Shown in pieces: positions 1 through 8,857 of a stretch of 64,000 bases of DNA. Origin of the DNA: an uncultured bacterium (lineage in GTDB: Bacteria; Desulfobacterota_D; UBA1144; Nemesobacterales; UBA2774); assembly GCA_963705505.1 (NCBI GenBank), contig CAVPJU010000010.1, positions 1 through 64,000 on the forward strand. Reading direction: 5' to 3'. The notes beneath the pieces were generated by a model. That model searched no databases, was not told the origin of the DNA, and saw only the letters and a program-made list of their open reading frames with translations. The translations under genes and the position numbers were made by a program. Positions within the stretch are counted from its first letter, which is position 1, and each line of letters starts with the position of its first letter.

Positions 1-169
1 ATATTGCAAACGGAGTGCCGGAAATTATTTTCAATGATTAAAAGCAAATCCGGTTACCATGGATTATTGAGGGTGTCCGAAATCAGTACATCTGACAGGG
101 GAGGGCTCGCCGCATCTCTCCGGACGATCAGGCAGCGGCTTCGTTGAACTTCGAGCGAATTCCTTCTTT

Positions 170-634
170 TCATCTATGCCCACCCCCATGGTACCCACCA
201 CCCTTATAATGAGACCCTGGGGTACTATGATAGCCGGGTCTATTATAATAGCCGGGTTTATTGTGATAGCCGGATCCATGTCCATAATGATAATAACCGT
301 GCTGATACTTGTTTCCGTGCCAGTAGTTATTCCAGCCATGATAATTATTGTAATAGAAGTTAAACCCCGGTAACGGAAATCCATAAGACCCAAACCCATA
401 TCCCGGATATGTCGGATACACCGGAGGATATGCGTACTGATAGTAGATTCCACCGGATACATACGGGCCGTTATAATACGGATCATACGCACCATTATAA
501 TACGGTCCATACGGGCCGTTATAATACGGGTCATACGGACCCGCGTAATAACCCGGGCCTGCATAGCATCCGAATAACCCTTGCCCTGTTAACGCCATTA
601 GAACCGCAGCTAGTAATATCCACTTTGTTCTCAT
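170..634 (-). CDS. Gly/Tyr/Pro/His-rich low-complexity putative lipoprotein
   Basis: Signal peptide ending LFGC; tandem 8-aa repeats G(P/A)Y(D/G)PYYN; GGAG RBS upstream. Confidence 0.75.
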   Translation of the reverse strand: MRTKWILLAAVLMALTGQGLFGCYAGPGYYAGPYDPYYNGPYGPYYNGAYDPYYNGPYVSGGIYYQYAYPPVYPTYPGYGFGSYGFPLPGFNFYYNNYHGWNNYWHGNKYQHGYYHYGHGSGYHNKPGYYNRPGYHSTPGSHYKGGGYHGGGHR

Positions 635-980
635 TTATTTTCTCCAAATCCCCTCATCAAAGTACCTCCCCAAATATCTCTCTAGACGTATTCAGATGCA
701 TCTTTCTTGCCATGGAAGAACCATTCTATCCTGCCTGATTGCTTACATATAAATATCTGAGCTGTGCTTTTCTTAATAATTTTGTCGTATTTCCCGACAT
801 ATTTTCGAATGGCCTGGTCTTATCATAAACTGAGTATCCGCTCCGTCCGTCCGGGTAGTACGCTCGGTTAATCGTGCCCGAGCCTCTTCTCGCAATACTC
901 CAAAAAGGATTGACGTTCACTCCTCTTTCGTCATATACTCCTAACCACGGAAAAAACACGCTTTACAAAGGAGATAAATT

Positions 981-1157
981 ATGACGAAAGTACTTCGCTG
1001 CAGGGATGTCGGAGTGGACTGTGATTTCGAGGCAAAGGGAGAGACGGCAGAGGAAATAATGAAGCAGGCGGCAAAGCATGCCAAAGAGGAACACGGCATG
1101 GATGTGATTCCGGCTGAGGTTGTTGAGAAATGTCAGAAAGCCATACGCGACTTATAG
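981..1157 (+). CDS. DUF1059-family small metal-binding protein (58 aa, below ORF-track cutoff)
   Basis: Manual translation MTKVLRCRDVGVDCDFEAKGETAEEIMKQAAKHAKEEHGMDVIPAEVVEKCQKAIRDL; AAGGAG RBS. Confidence 0.85.
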   Translation: MTKVLRCRDVGVDCDFEAKGETAEEIMKQAAKHAKEEHGMDVIPAEVVEKCQKAIRDL

Positions 1158-1206
1158 AGCTCGCGCTTTATTAAGTGATAAAAACTCCGCCCGGCAAAAT
1201 ACCCCC

Positions 1207-1235
1207 TTGCGGAAGTTATATACTTAATATAGTTT
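1207..1235 (+). promoter_or_regulatory. Possible sigma70 promoter with near-palindromic spacer
   Basis: TTGCGG-17 nt-TAGTTT; spacer contains AAGTTATATACTT. Confidence 0.3.
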
Positions 1236-1278
1236 ATATTTCATAGGCGGTTCTGCGTCTGCTGGGCCGCGAAAATGT

Positions 1279-1338
1279 AAAGGAGAAAATACGAGGCAAG
1301 GGATTTACGCCCCGCCCCGTACTTTCTCCTTTTTTTTT
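1279..1338 (+). terminator. Long hairpin with T-tract, likely intrinsic terminator
   Basis: AAAGGAGAAAATACG...CGTACTTTCTCCTTT followed by a T run. Confidence 0.6.
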
Positions 1339-1397
1339 GCGCAGAATCTGCGCTCATAAACGGTTTCTACGCTACTCCCTGAGCCTACTTTACATTT

Positions 1398-1438
1398 CCC
1401 TCTCCCCAGCGTGGGAGAGGGTTTGGGTGAGGGGGTAC
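1398..1438. repeat. REP-like palindrome (CCCTCTCCC...GGGAGAGGG...GGGTGAGGGGGTAC family)
   Basis: Similar copy at 42506-42547; partial copies near 14811 and 18192. Confidence 0.7.
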
Positions 1439-1485
1439 CACAAGAAAAGCAAGAATTATAAGAAACACACACCGGAGGGGATGGA

Positions 1486-1887
1486 ATGGATGATGGGATT
1501 TTACCGCATCATAGAGAGTACGAGGAGGGGATAATCGGGGCGATAATAATCGAGCCCCGTCTCTATGACGAGGTCAGTAAAAAATTGGAGTATATGGATT
1601 TTTACGTCGAGCGTCACCAATGGATCTACAACATGATCGGGGATATGCAGGCAGCCGACATACCTGTCGATCTCGTCACACTCAGGCAGTGTCTCGAGGA
1701 CGCGGGCGAGCTCGATAACGCGGGCGGGACGAGTTACCTGACTTATGTAGCGGGTAACGCGGTCCTGGAAGAGAACCTCGGCTACTACGTCGGGATTGTG
1801 AAAAACGATTCCAGGATGAGGAAACTTTGGGAAAGGTTAACGGAAGGCGTGCGGGCGGTCGAGGGGGAAAGGATGCGGATGAGATAG
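1486..1887 (+). CDS. DnaB helicase N-terminal-like domain; probably the 5' part of one frameshifted gene with 1827-2864
   Basis: LPHHREYEEGIIGAII...DFYVERHQWIY...PVDLVTL...AGGTSYL resembles DnaB N-domain; one extra G in the G5 run at 1863-1867 fuses it to the next ORF. Confidence 0.8.
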   Translation: MDDGILPHHREYEEGIIGAIIIEPRLYDEVSKKLEYMDFYVERHQWIYNMIGDMQAADIPVDLVTLRQCLEDAGELDNAGGTSYLTYVAGNAVLEENLGYYVGIVKNDSRMRKLWERLTEGVRAVEGERMRMR

Positions 1888-2864
1888 ATAAGATCATCGA
1901 CAAGCTCTATCACACGGACCGAGCGGGCGGCGTCAGGCGTCTCAAGCCTGTACCTGCGCCCGACATGAAGCACATCCAGCCGCCACCGTCCGTATGGGCG
2001 GACGTGATCTACCCGAAGTGCATAACCCAGCTCAACTCCGAGCCGGGCGCGGGCAAGAGCACGCTTGCCTACAACTTATGCGCCCTCGGGGCTATGGGTC
2101 AGCCGTTCCTCGACATCCCGTTCTCGAAGAAGCTCAAGTCGCTCTACGTCGATCTCGAGACCCCGGATTTCCTGATAAGGCACAAGATAGAGCTCATCTC
2201 CGGCGAGCTTCCCGGGGACCTGCACGTCCTCGACCGGTTCGACCTGAAGGACGATTTCAGGGAGTTCCTCTCTCTGTGCAAGGAGGAGAGGTACGACCTC
2301 GTCGTGCTCGATACGCAGTCAAGGGCGCTCGCCATGGAGAAGGAGAACGACAACGCGGAGGCTAACTACATGGCGGGCCTGCTCAAGCGCGTGGCGAAAG
2401 AAGCTGGGTGCGCGATACTGCTCATACACCACTCCACGAAGAGCGACGAGGGGAAGGCGGTTTACAGGGGGAGAGGGGCGTCGGCGATGGCCGGGGCGGT
2501 GGACGTCGTCGTCAACCTGGACGTGCTCACGGGCGATATGCTCCGAATGTCCGTTGAGAAAAACAGGATACAGCAGTCGGGCACCAGGCTCTACATAAGG
2601 AAGGCGGGCGAGGACAGGTTCGAGCCGTGTGATGATCCGGGGAACGGCGAGGAGTCGGGGTTCGATATCTACAAAATCCAGGACTTCATTCTCGAGTTAC
2701 TACCCGCGGACGGCGAGGCTATGAGGACGAGAGAAATCTTCGAGCACGCCGAGAAAGAAGGGTTCAGGAAGCGGAGCGTCGAAAGGGCGTTGAGCAGGCT
2801 CAGGCAGGCGGGCAGGGTGAAGCAGGTTCAAAAGGGCTTCAACGTTAAGACCCTGTCATCATAG
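1827..2864 (+). CDS. AAA_25/RepA-like SF4 helicase domain with probable C-terminal winged helix
   Basis: Walker A SEPGAGKS, Walker B LVVLDT, LLIHHSTK and RGASA motifs; C-terminal MRTREIFEHAEKEGFRKRSVERALSRL looks HTH-like; no convincing independent start. Confidence 0.8.
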   Translation: MGKVNGRRAGGRGGKDADEIDKIIDKLYHTDRAGGVRRLKPVPAPDMKHIQPPPSVWADVIYPKCITQLNSEPGAGKSTLAYNLCALGAMGQPFLDIPFSKKLKSLYVDLETPDFLIRHKIELISGELPGDLHVLDRFDLKDDFREFLSLCKEERYDLVVLDTQSRALAMEKENDNAEANYMAGLLKRVAKEAGCAILLIHHSTKSDEGKAVYRGRGASAMAGAVDVVVNLDVLTGDMLRMSVEKNRIQQSGTRLYIRKAGEDRFEPCDDPGNGEESGFDIYKIQDFILELLPADGEAMRTREIFEHAEKEGFRKRSVERALSRLRQAGRVKQVQKGFNVKTLSS

Positions 2865-2877
2865 TAAAAAACGAATC

Positions 2878-2938
2878 ATCCGCCATCCGCCAGCCTTCCC
2901 GTACCTATACCCCGGGGAGGTTGGCGGATTGGCGGATT
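2878..2938. repeat. Iteron-like palindrome, copy 1
   Basis: (TCCGCCA)x2...CCTATACCCC...(TGGCGGA)x2; inverted near-copy at 4290-4349. Confidence 0.85.
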
Positions 2939-3082
2939 GTGGGGCAGCACAAGCAAAATCATGGGTATTGATAAGATTATTGGAAGTTGAGATAGTCTAG
3001 AGAAACGTCCGATTGCGTATAAATTAATATTTGTTTATAGTTCTAAGTTGTTAGGACTTGATAAAAATTGAAGGGGTGTTAC

Positions 3083-3424
3083 GTGTCTCAAAAGAAAATA
3101 TTTCCCAAAGAAATAGAATATCGATTCGATAAATTAGATGGATATAAAGTTATATCGATAGATGGAGTCTGGGGTGGGATAACTAACCAAGGGCTATTAA
3201 GAGTGGAATTGTTTTCGGAATCACAACAATTGCCTGAATCGATTAAACATTCGGTAATTGACGGAAATGTAAGTAAAGATGAAGTCGAACGAATACCCAG
3301 TCCTGATTCGGATAAAATAATCATCATAAGAGAGATTCAAATAGGAACTGTAATGACGTTAGATACAGCTAAATTTATTGGGGATTGGTTGTTAAAACAA
3401 TGCGAAGCAGCGGGGGGTAGTTAA
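3083..3424 (+). CDS. Hypothetical protein, first gene of AT-rich cassette (loosely DUF3467-like)
   Basis: ORF 3068-3424; GTG at 3083 follows AAGGGG; motif IDGVWGGITNQGLLRVELFSE. Confidence 0.7.
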   Translation: MSQKKIFPKEIEYRFDKLDGYKVISIDGVWGGITNQGLLRVELFSESQQLPESIKHSVIDGNVSKDEVERIPSPDSDKIIIIREIQIGTVMTLDTAKFIGDWLLKQCEAAGGS

Positions 3425-3427
3425 GTT

Positions 3428-3835
3428 ATGCACATTATAGATTTCTCTGACAGTCAAACGAATCGGGATTTTAATTTCATACGTCAATCTGGGTCTTTCA
3501 ATGATCTTTCGGGATTGAATAACGGCAAAGCCATAATTCTGTCTACTGCTTCTACTTCTTCTCTCTCACCTTTTAACAAATCCATTGAATCAATTGAAAC
3601 TATACAGGAAAGAAAGGAAAACATGAGATGTTACAATGAGATAAAAGATGATCTTTATCGGAACCATCTTGGGAAGTATGTGGTGATTGCTAAAGGTCAA
3701 CTTCAACGAATCGGAGAATCTTTTGAGGATGTAAAAGAAGTAGCCATTGATGGGCACCATAGATTCATCTTTAAAGTTGAGAGAAAAGAACAAATCAAGA
3801 GAAAAACAAGATGGCCAATGAAACGGAAGAAATAA
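3428..3835 (+). CDS. Hypothetical protein with DUF5678-like C-terminal half
   Basis: YNEIKDDLYRNHLGKYVVIAKGQLQRIGESFEDV motif; 3 nt after previous stop. Confidence 0.65.
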   Translation: MHIIDFSDSQTNRDFNFIRQSGSFNDLSGLNNGKAIILSTASTSSLSPFNKSIESIETIQERKENMRCYNEIKDDLYRNHLGKYVVIAKGQLQRIGESFEDVKEVAIDGHHRFIFKVERKEQIKRKTRWPMKRKK

Positions 3836-4233
3836 GTTGGGCTTATAAAGATAAACATCCTCACATGGGCATACGTTTGGTGTCTCCTGGGGATATTGAA
3901 TATCCTATTGGAACCAAGGAGTTGGTATTACTGGATACGGGTTGGTCTGGTGGGATAGTATTACCTATACGTATCTATGAGCAATTAGAACTTCAACGTT
4001 GGGAGAAGCCAGACATTGTTCCTTATGAATTGGCGGATGGAAGTGATATTAATATGTACGAAGCTGAGGGTTTTTTGTTTGTACCTAAATTGAATAACCG
4101 ATACGAAGTGGCTTTTTATAGATCAGTAGATAAAGGACAAGATAGTGATGAAATCTTATTAGGGATCGACTTCATAAATAATTTTAAATTGCTTTTGGAT
4201 GGTCCAGCTCAAAAGTTATCAGTTATCAAGTAA
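3811..4233 (+). CDS. Retropepsin-like (clan AA) aspartic protease
   Basis: LLDTGWSG catalytic motif and ILLGIDFI C-terminal motif; overlaps upstream gene. Confidence 0.8.
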   Translation: MANETEEISWAYKDKHPHMGIRLVSPGDIEYPIGTKELVLLDTGWSGGIVLPIRIYEQLELQRWEKPDIVPYELADGSDINMYEAEGFLFVPKLNNRYEVAFYRSVDKGQDSDEILLGIDFINNFKLLLDGPAQKLSVIK

Positions 4234-4289
4234 ATAAATACGCCTGTAGATTTATCTGTACAAACAATTTATACCATAACAGAAGACTT

Positions 4290-4349
4290 TCCGCCATCCG
4301 CCAACCTCCGCGGGGGTATAGGCCGGGAAGGTCGGCGGATTGGCGGATT
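4290..4349. repeat. Iteron-like palindrome, copy 2 (inverted relative to copy 1)
   Basis: TCCGCCATCCGCCAACCTCCGCGGGGGTATAGGCCGGGAAGGTCGGCGGATTGGCGGAT; reverse complement aligns to 2878-2938 with a few mismatches and indels. Confidence 0.85.
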
Positions 4350-4589
4350 CCTAAATCTTTCCGCTGATTAGGTGGACCATCCGGGTGCGATACAGTGTCC
4401 GGCTGGAATCCGCTCACTACGGTCACTTGTCACATACGCTTCGGGAGGGATATTCGAGGGCTAAGGTACGAACCGGGTCAAAACAACGCTTCCCGCTTGA
4501 GAATCGGGAAGGACAACAGGTAGGTTGTATTGCCGCACTACCTCTGTTTATTGACCCTTTTCTTAATTTTCGGATAATTACATATATTC

Positions 4590-5678
4590 ATGAGACCAAC
4601 CTGGGCTGAGATCGATCTCGACTCTTTAATACACAATTTCAACGTCGTAAGAGGGCTCGTCGATGACCACGTAGGAGTGCTCTCCGTCGTGAAGGCGGAC
4701 GCCTACGGGCACGGCGCGGTAGAGGTCGGCAGGACGCTCGAGGAAGCCGGTACGGAAATGCTCGGCGTGGCGACGGTCGAGGAGGCGGTCGAGCTCCGGG
4801 ACTACGGGGTCGAGATTCCGATAATCCTCCTGGGCGGCATGAGACCCGACGAAGCCGCCGTCGTAGTCGAGCATTCGCTTACGCCGTGCCTTTTCTCCCT
4901 CGACGCGGCGAAGTCTCTCGACGCCGAATCCGCGAAGGCCGGCAGGTTGTCCCCGTATCATTTAAAGATAGACACGGGTATGTCGAGGCTCGGAGTAAGG
5001 CCCGAGGATGTGGATGCATTTCTGACGGGGCTCGCCGGATACAGGAACATAGTCATGGAGGGGGCTCTCACTCACCTGGCTTCCGCTTTTTCGGAATCCC
5101 CCGAAGCTACCCGCGCTCAGCTGGGCAGATTTACGAAGCGCGTTAACGACATACGGGAGAAGGGGTTCAGGCCCCGCTACCTCCACGCAGCCAACAGCCC
5201 GGCCATTCAGCGCTTCCCGGAATCGCACATGGACCTCGTACGGCCGGGCATAATTCTCTACGGCTCGGACGGCGCGGCAGGGCTCGGTCTCAAACCCGTG
5301 ATGAAGCTGAAGACCGTCGTAATACAGGTCAGCAGGGTCCCGGCGGGCACCCCCGTGAGCTACGGCGGTACGTTCGTTACGAAGCGCCCTTCGGTGATAG
5401 CGACGCTCCCGATCGGTTATGCCGACGGGTATATGAGGAGGCTCTCCAACCGCGCCATGGTTTCCATAAGGGGAGCGCGCGCGCCAGTGGCCGGGACGGT
5501 ATGCATGGACCTGATAACGGTTGACGTGACGGATGTAGCGGGCGCCTCCGTCGGGGACGAGGTCGTTTTATTCGGGGACTCGCTCGTTTCCGTCGACGAC
5601 GTCGCGGGGTGGGCGGACACTATTTCCTACGAGATACTGTCGATCACGGGGAAGAGGGTCCCGCGCAGGTACGTGTGA
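4590..5678 (+). CDS. alr: Alanine racemase
   Basis: VVKADAYGHG PLP-lysine motif, HLKIDTGMSRLG, GYADG, VCMD. Confidence 0.97.
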   Translation: MRPTWAEIDLDSLIHNFNVVRGLVDDHVGVLSVVKADAYGHGAVEVGRTLEEAGTEMLGVATVEEAVELRDYGVEIPIILLGGMRPDEAAVVVEHSLTPCLFSLDAAKSLDAESAKAGRLSPYHLKIDTGMSRLGVRPEDVDAFLTGLAGYRNIVMEGALTHLASAFSESPEATRAQLGRFTKRVNDIREKGFRPRYLHAANSPAIQRFPESHMDLVRPGIILYGSDGAAGLGLKPVMKLKTVVIQVSRVPAGTPVSYGGTFVTKRPSVIATLPIGYADGYMRRLSNRAMVSIRGARAPVAGTVCMDLITVDVTDVAGASVGDEVVLFGDSLVSVDDVAGWADTISYEILSITGKRVPRRYV

Positions 5679-5745
5679 CCGTTGTATTTGCAATACTTAT
5701 AAATATTTCATAGATATTGGGGTTAGATGAGTTACATTTAATCGA

Positions 5746-7242
5746 ATGTCATTCCCGGGCGCAAGAAACCTTCGAAGCATCCTCACTATCCTCCTCTGCC
5801 TTATCCCGCCTCTTGCGGCATCGGCTGATGAAGTGCTTAACCTGGGACCCCTTCTCTACATCGACAGGGACCGGGAGACTGGCGCTAAATCGATAGACGC
5901 GCTCGGCCCTTTTTTCTCCTACAAGAAAACGCCGGATACCATGGAGTACGGCTTCCGCCCGATCTTCTACAACTACCGCAATTACGCGAAGGACAGGACC
6001 GGGTTCGATTTCCTCTACCCGTTGGTCACACACCGCTCTTTCGAAGGGGACACCAAGTTCCAGTTCCTCGAATATCTATTCTATTACAGCTCCGACCTGA
6101 GACCGAGCGGGTTCAGGGAATACAGCTACATGCTCTTCCCTCTTATCTTCGGGAGGAAGGACGAGGACCCTCAAGAGAGCTACTTCGCCTTCTTTCCGTT
6201 GTACGGGAATATGCGGCACAAGTTCGGGAAGGACGAGATCAACTTTGCGCTCTTCCCTCTTTATCTGCGGACCAAGAAAGAAGGCGTGACGAATACGAAC
6301 GTCCTCTGGCCGTTCTTCGGAGCGTATTCGGGCGGCGGGGCCGGGGGAGGCAGGTTCTGGCCGCTCTTCGGTTACAGGGAAAAGGAGGACGACTTCGAGG
6401 ACGAGTTCGCGCTCTGGCCCGTATATATGCACAGGGAAAGGGATTTCTACGGAGAGAAGCTGAGCTCGACGGCGCTCATGCCGTTTTACTACGGCACGGA
6501 TTCGCCGGGGAGGAAGCAGAGGACGTACCTCTGGCCGTTCATAACCACGATTGACGATGAGAATATCGACGTGAGGAGGTGGGACATCCCCTGGCCGCTG
6601 ATCACGTTCTCGAGGGGCTCCGTACATACGAACAGGGTTTTCCCGTTCTACTCGATGAGAAAGGAAAAGGATTACGAAACCGGGTTCCTGATGTGGCCCC
6701 TCTGGGGACACAAGAAGTACATATTCAAGGACTACGTGAGGACCAAGAATACGTTCGCCCTTTTCATATACAAGGAGATAACCGACACGCCGACGAACGA
6801 AAGGGGGAAGAGCGGCAAGGCCGTACACCTATGGCCACTTTTCAGCTATACGACGACGCCCGAGGGGGATTCCTATTTCCACCTCCTGTCGTTCATCGAG
6901 ACATTCCTCGCCGACAACCCGCCCAGGGAGAGGAACTGGTCCCCGTTCTGGCATTTCGTCGAGTGGAGGATGGACGCGGAGGGGAACCAGAAATCGTCGA
7001 TATTCTGGAACACGATAAGGACGGAGCGCACGAAGGACAGCGTCAAGTTCGAGTTGAGGCCTATTATCCCGGTGCTGTCATTCGAGAAGTCAGAGGAAGT
7101 ATCGAAATGTTATCTCCTGGGCGGTCTTTTCGGCTACAAGATCACGCCCGGCAAGAAGACCCTGCGGATTCTCTTTATTCCTGTTAATATTTCATCGAGC
7201 AAGACAGTGGAAAACGGCGTCAAAGGCAGCGGAGGAGGATAG
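5746..7242 (+). CDS. Exported aromatic-rich protein with many (W/F)P(F/L/I) beta-type repeats
   Basis: Signal peptide (LAASA); recurring LGPFF, FLYPL, LFPLI, FFPLY, LWPFF, FWPLF units; 2 nt before mlaE. Confidence 0.8.
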   Translation: MSFPGARNLRSILTILLCLIPPLAASADEVLNLGPLLYIDRDRETGAKSIDALGPFFSYKKTPDTMEYGFRPIFYNYRNYAKDRTGFDFLYPLVTHRSFEGDTKFQFLEYLFYYSSDLRPSGFREYSYMLFPLIFGRKDEDPQESYFAFFPLYGNMRHKFGKDEINFALFPLYLRTKKEGVTNTNVLWPFFGAYSGGGAGGGRFWPLFGYREKEDDFEDEFALWPVYMHRERDFYGEKLSSTALMPFYYGTDSPGRKQRTYLWPFITTIDDENIDVRRWDIPWPLITFSRGSVHTNRVFPFYSMRKEKDYETGFLMWPLWGHKKYIFKDYVRTKNTFALFIYKEITDTPTNERGKSGKAVHLWPLFSYTTTPEGDSYFHLLSFIETFLADNPPRERNWSPFWHFVEWRMDAEGNQKSSIFWNTIRTERTKDSVKFELRPIIPVLSFEKSEEVSKCYLLGGLFGYKITPGKKTLRILFIPVNISSSKTVENGVKGSGGG

Positions 7243-7244
7243 AA

Positions 7245-8012
7245 GTGAACGGTGTAATGTCATTCTTCAAGGTTACCGGCGGTCTCGTGAGCCTCCTGCT
7301 GGAGACGCTCTACTGGTGCAAGGCCGCGCTCAAGAATACGGACAAGATACTCGACCAGCTCCTCATAATCGGCTACCAGACCCTCCCCGTGGGCGCGCTC
7401 ATCGCGCTCTTCTCGGGCGGTGTGCTCGCCCTCCAGGCCGGTCCCACGCTCGTCAAGTACGGCGTCGAGGAGAACGTGGGCGGCCTCGTCGGTCTTTCTC
7501 TCGTAAAGGAGCTCGGGCCGGTCATGGCCTCCATACTCATTGCCGGCAGGGTAGGCTCGGCGATGGCGGCCGAGCTCGCATCGATGAGCGTGTACGAGGA
7601 GATAGACGCGCTCAAGACCATGGACATCAATCCGGTGAGGTACCTCGTGATGCCGAGGTTCGTGGCGATGGTGCTCGCGCTTCCCGTTCTCGTCATATAC
7701 ATGGACGTAATAGGCTGGTTCGGGGGCGCCCTGGTCTCCTACATCAACCCCGAGGTCCACCTCTCGTTCAGCGTATTTTACAGGAACATGTCGGAGCTCA
7801 TGGACTTCACATCGGTCGTCAACGGGCTCATCAAGGCGATGACATTCGGCGTTATTATATCTATAGTCTGCTGCTACGTCGGGCTCAAGACGAAGGGGGG
7901 ACCGAGGGAGATAGGGACTTCCGTCACGAAAGCGGTCGTTCTTTCATTCGTGCTCGTCCTCGTGTTCGACTATTACGCAACGAGGATTTTAATATTCCTC
8001 GATTTGGATTAG
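7245..8012 (+). CDS. mlaE: MlaE-family ABC permease
   Basis: KELGPVMASILIAGRVGSAMAAELASM, EEIDAL, YLVMPR. Confidence 0.93.
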   Translation: MNGVMSFFKVTGGLVSLLLETLYWCKAALKNTDKILDQLLIIGYQTLPVGALIALFSGGVLALQAGPTLVKYGVEENVGGLVGLSLVKELGPVMASILIAGRVGSAMAAELASMSVYEEIDALKTMDINPVRYLVMPRFVAMVLALPVLVIYMDVIGWFGGALVSYINPEVHLSFSVFYRNMSELMDFTSVVNGLIKAMTFGVIISIVCCYVGLKTKGGPREIGTSVTKAVVLSFVLVLVFDYYATRILIFLDLD

Positions 8013-8017
8013 AATAA

Positions 8018-8851
8018 ATGGATATGCGGGAACTTACGGAGAAGGACGATAGGGGCGGTGTTTCGGGCTCAAACGGCGCGGGGAAGGCGCTCCTGAGCTA
8101 CCTGAAATCCGACCGCGTGGGCGTCTCGATCACGGGGCTCAAGAAGTCCTACGGGGACAACCACGTGCTCAGGGGAGTAAATCTGGAAGTCCGGCCGGGG
8201 GAGACGGTCGTCATTCTCGGCAAAAGCGGCACGGGCAAGAGCGTGCTGCTCCGCCACGTCATAGGGCTCGAAAAGCCGGACGCAGGCAGGATACTCATAG
8301 GCGGCGAGGACATCAACGACCCCGATTTCAAAAAGAATCACGTCGTCGCTATGGTCTTCCAGAGCTCGGCCCTTTTCAATTCCCTCACGGTCGAGGAGAA
8401 CGTGGCCTTATATCTGAGGGAGCACGGGGTCTTCGATGACGACAGGAAGACGAAGGAACTGGTGTCGAGCGCGCTCGAGATAGTGGGACTCGAGGAGAAG
8501 GAGGATACCATGCCCTCCATTCTGTCGGGCGGGATGAAGCGGAGGGTCGCCACGGCCCGCGCTCTCGTCATGAACCCGGACCTGATACTGTTCGACGAGC
8601 CCACTTCGGGACTCGACCCCATGATGACGCGCACGATCGCCGACCTGATATGCGACCTCAAGCGCAAGATCGAGATAACTCAGATAGTCGTCACGCACGA
8701 CATAGACCTCGCATTCTACGTCGCCGACAGATTAGCCATACTCAGCGAGGGCAGGATCATAGAGTTCGGCACGCCCGAGGAGATCAGGTGCTGCGAAAAC
8801 TTTGCCGTCAAGGAATTCATAGCGCCCCAGTTCGAACAACAAAGGAGGTAA
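8018..8851 (+). CDS. mlaF: MlaF-family ABC ATPase
   Basis: GKSGTGKS, LSGGMKRR, DEPTSGLDP, VTHD. Confidence 0.92.
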   Translation: MDMRELTEKDDRGGVSGSNGAGKALLSYLKSDRVGVSITGLKKSYGDNHVLRGVNLEVRPGETVVILGKSGTGKSVLLRHVIGLEKPDAGRILIGGEDINDPDFKKNHVVAMVFQSSALFNSLTVEENVALYLREHGVFDDDRKTKELVSSALEIVGLEEKEDTMPSILSGGMKRRVATARALVMNPDLILFDEPTSGLDPMMTRTIADLICDLKRKIEITQIVVTHDIDLAFYVADRLAILSEGRIIEFGTPEEIRCCENFAVKEFIAPQFEQQRR

Positions 8852-8857
8852 CGGGAT

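Noticed and set aside
1861..1872. Canonical programmed -1 frameshift heptamer
   Set aside because: G GGA AAG is not in the zero frame of the upstream ORF (codons read GGG GAA AGG); a homopolymer indel is simpler
1486..4233. Complete prophage or ICE
   Set aside because: No integrase, structural, packaging or conjugation genes in the window
2878..4349. Integron cassette with attC sites, or CRISPR repeats
   Set aside because: Palindromes lack RYYYAAC/GTTRRRY ends, are in inverted orientation, only two copies, and no intI or cas gene is present
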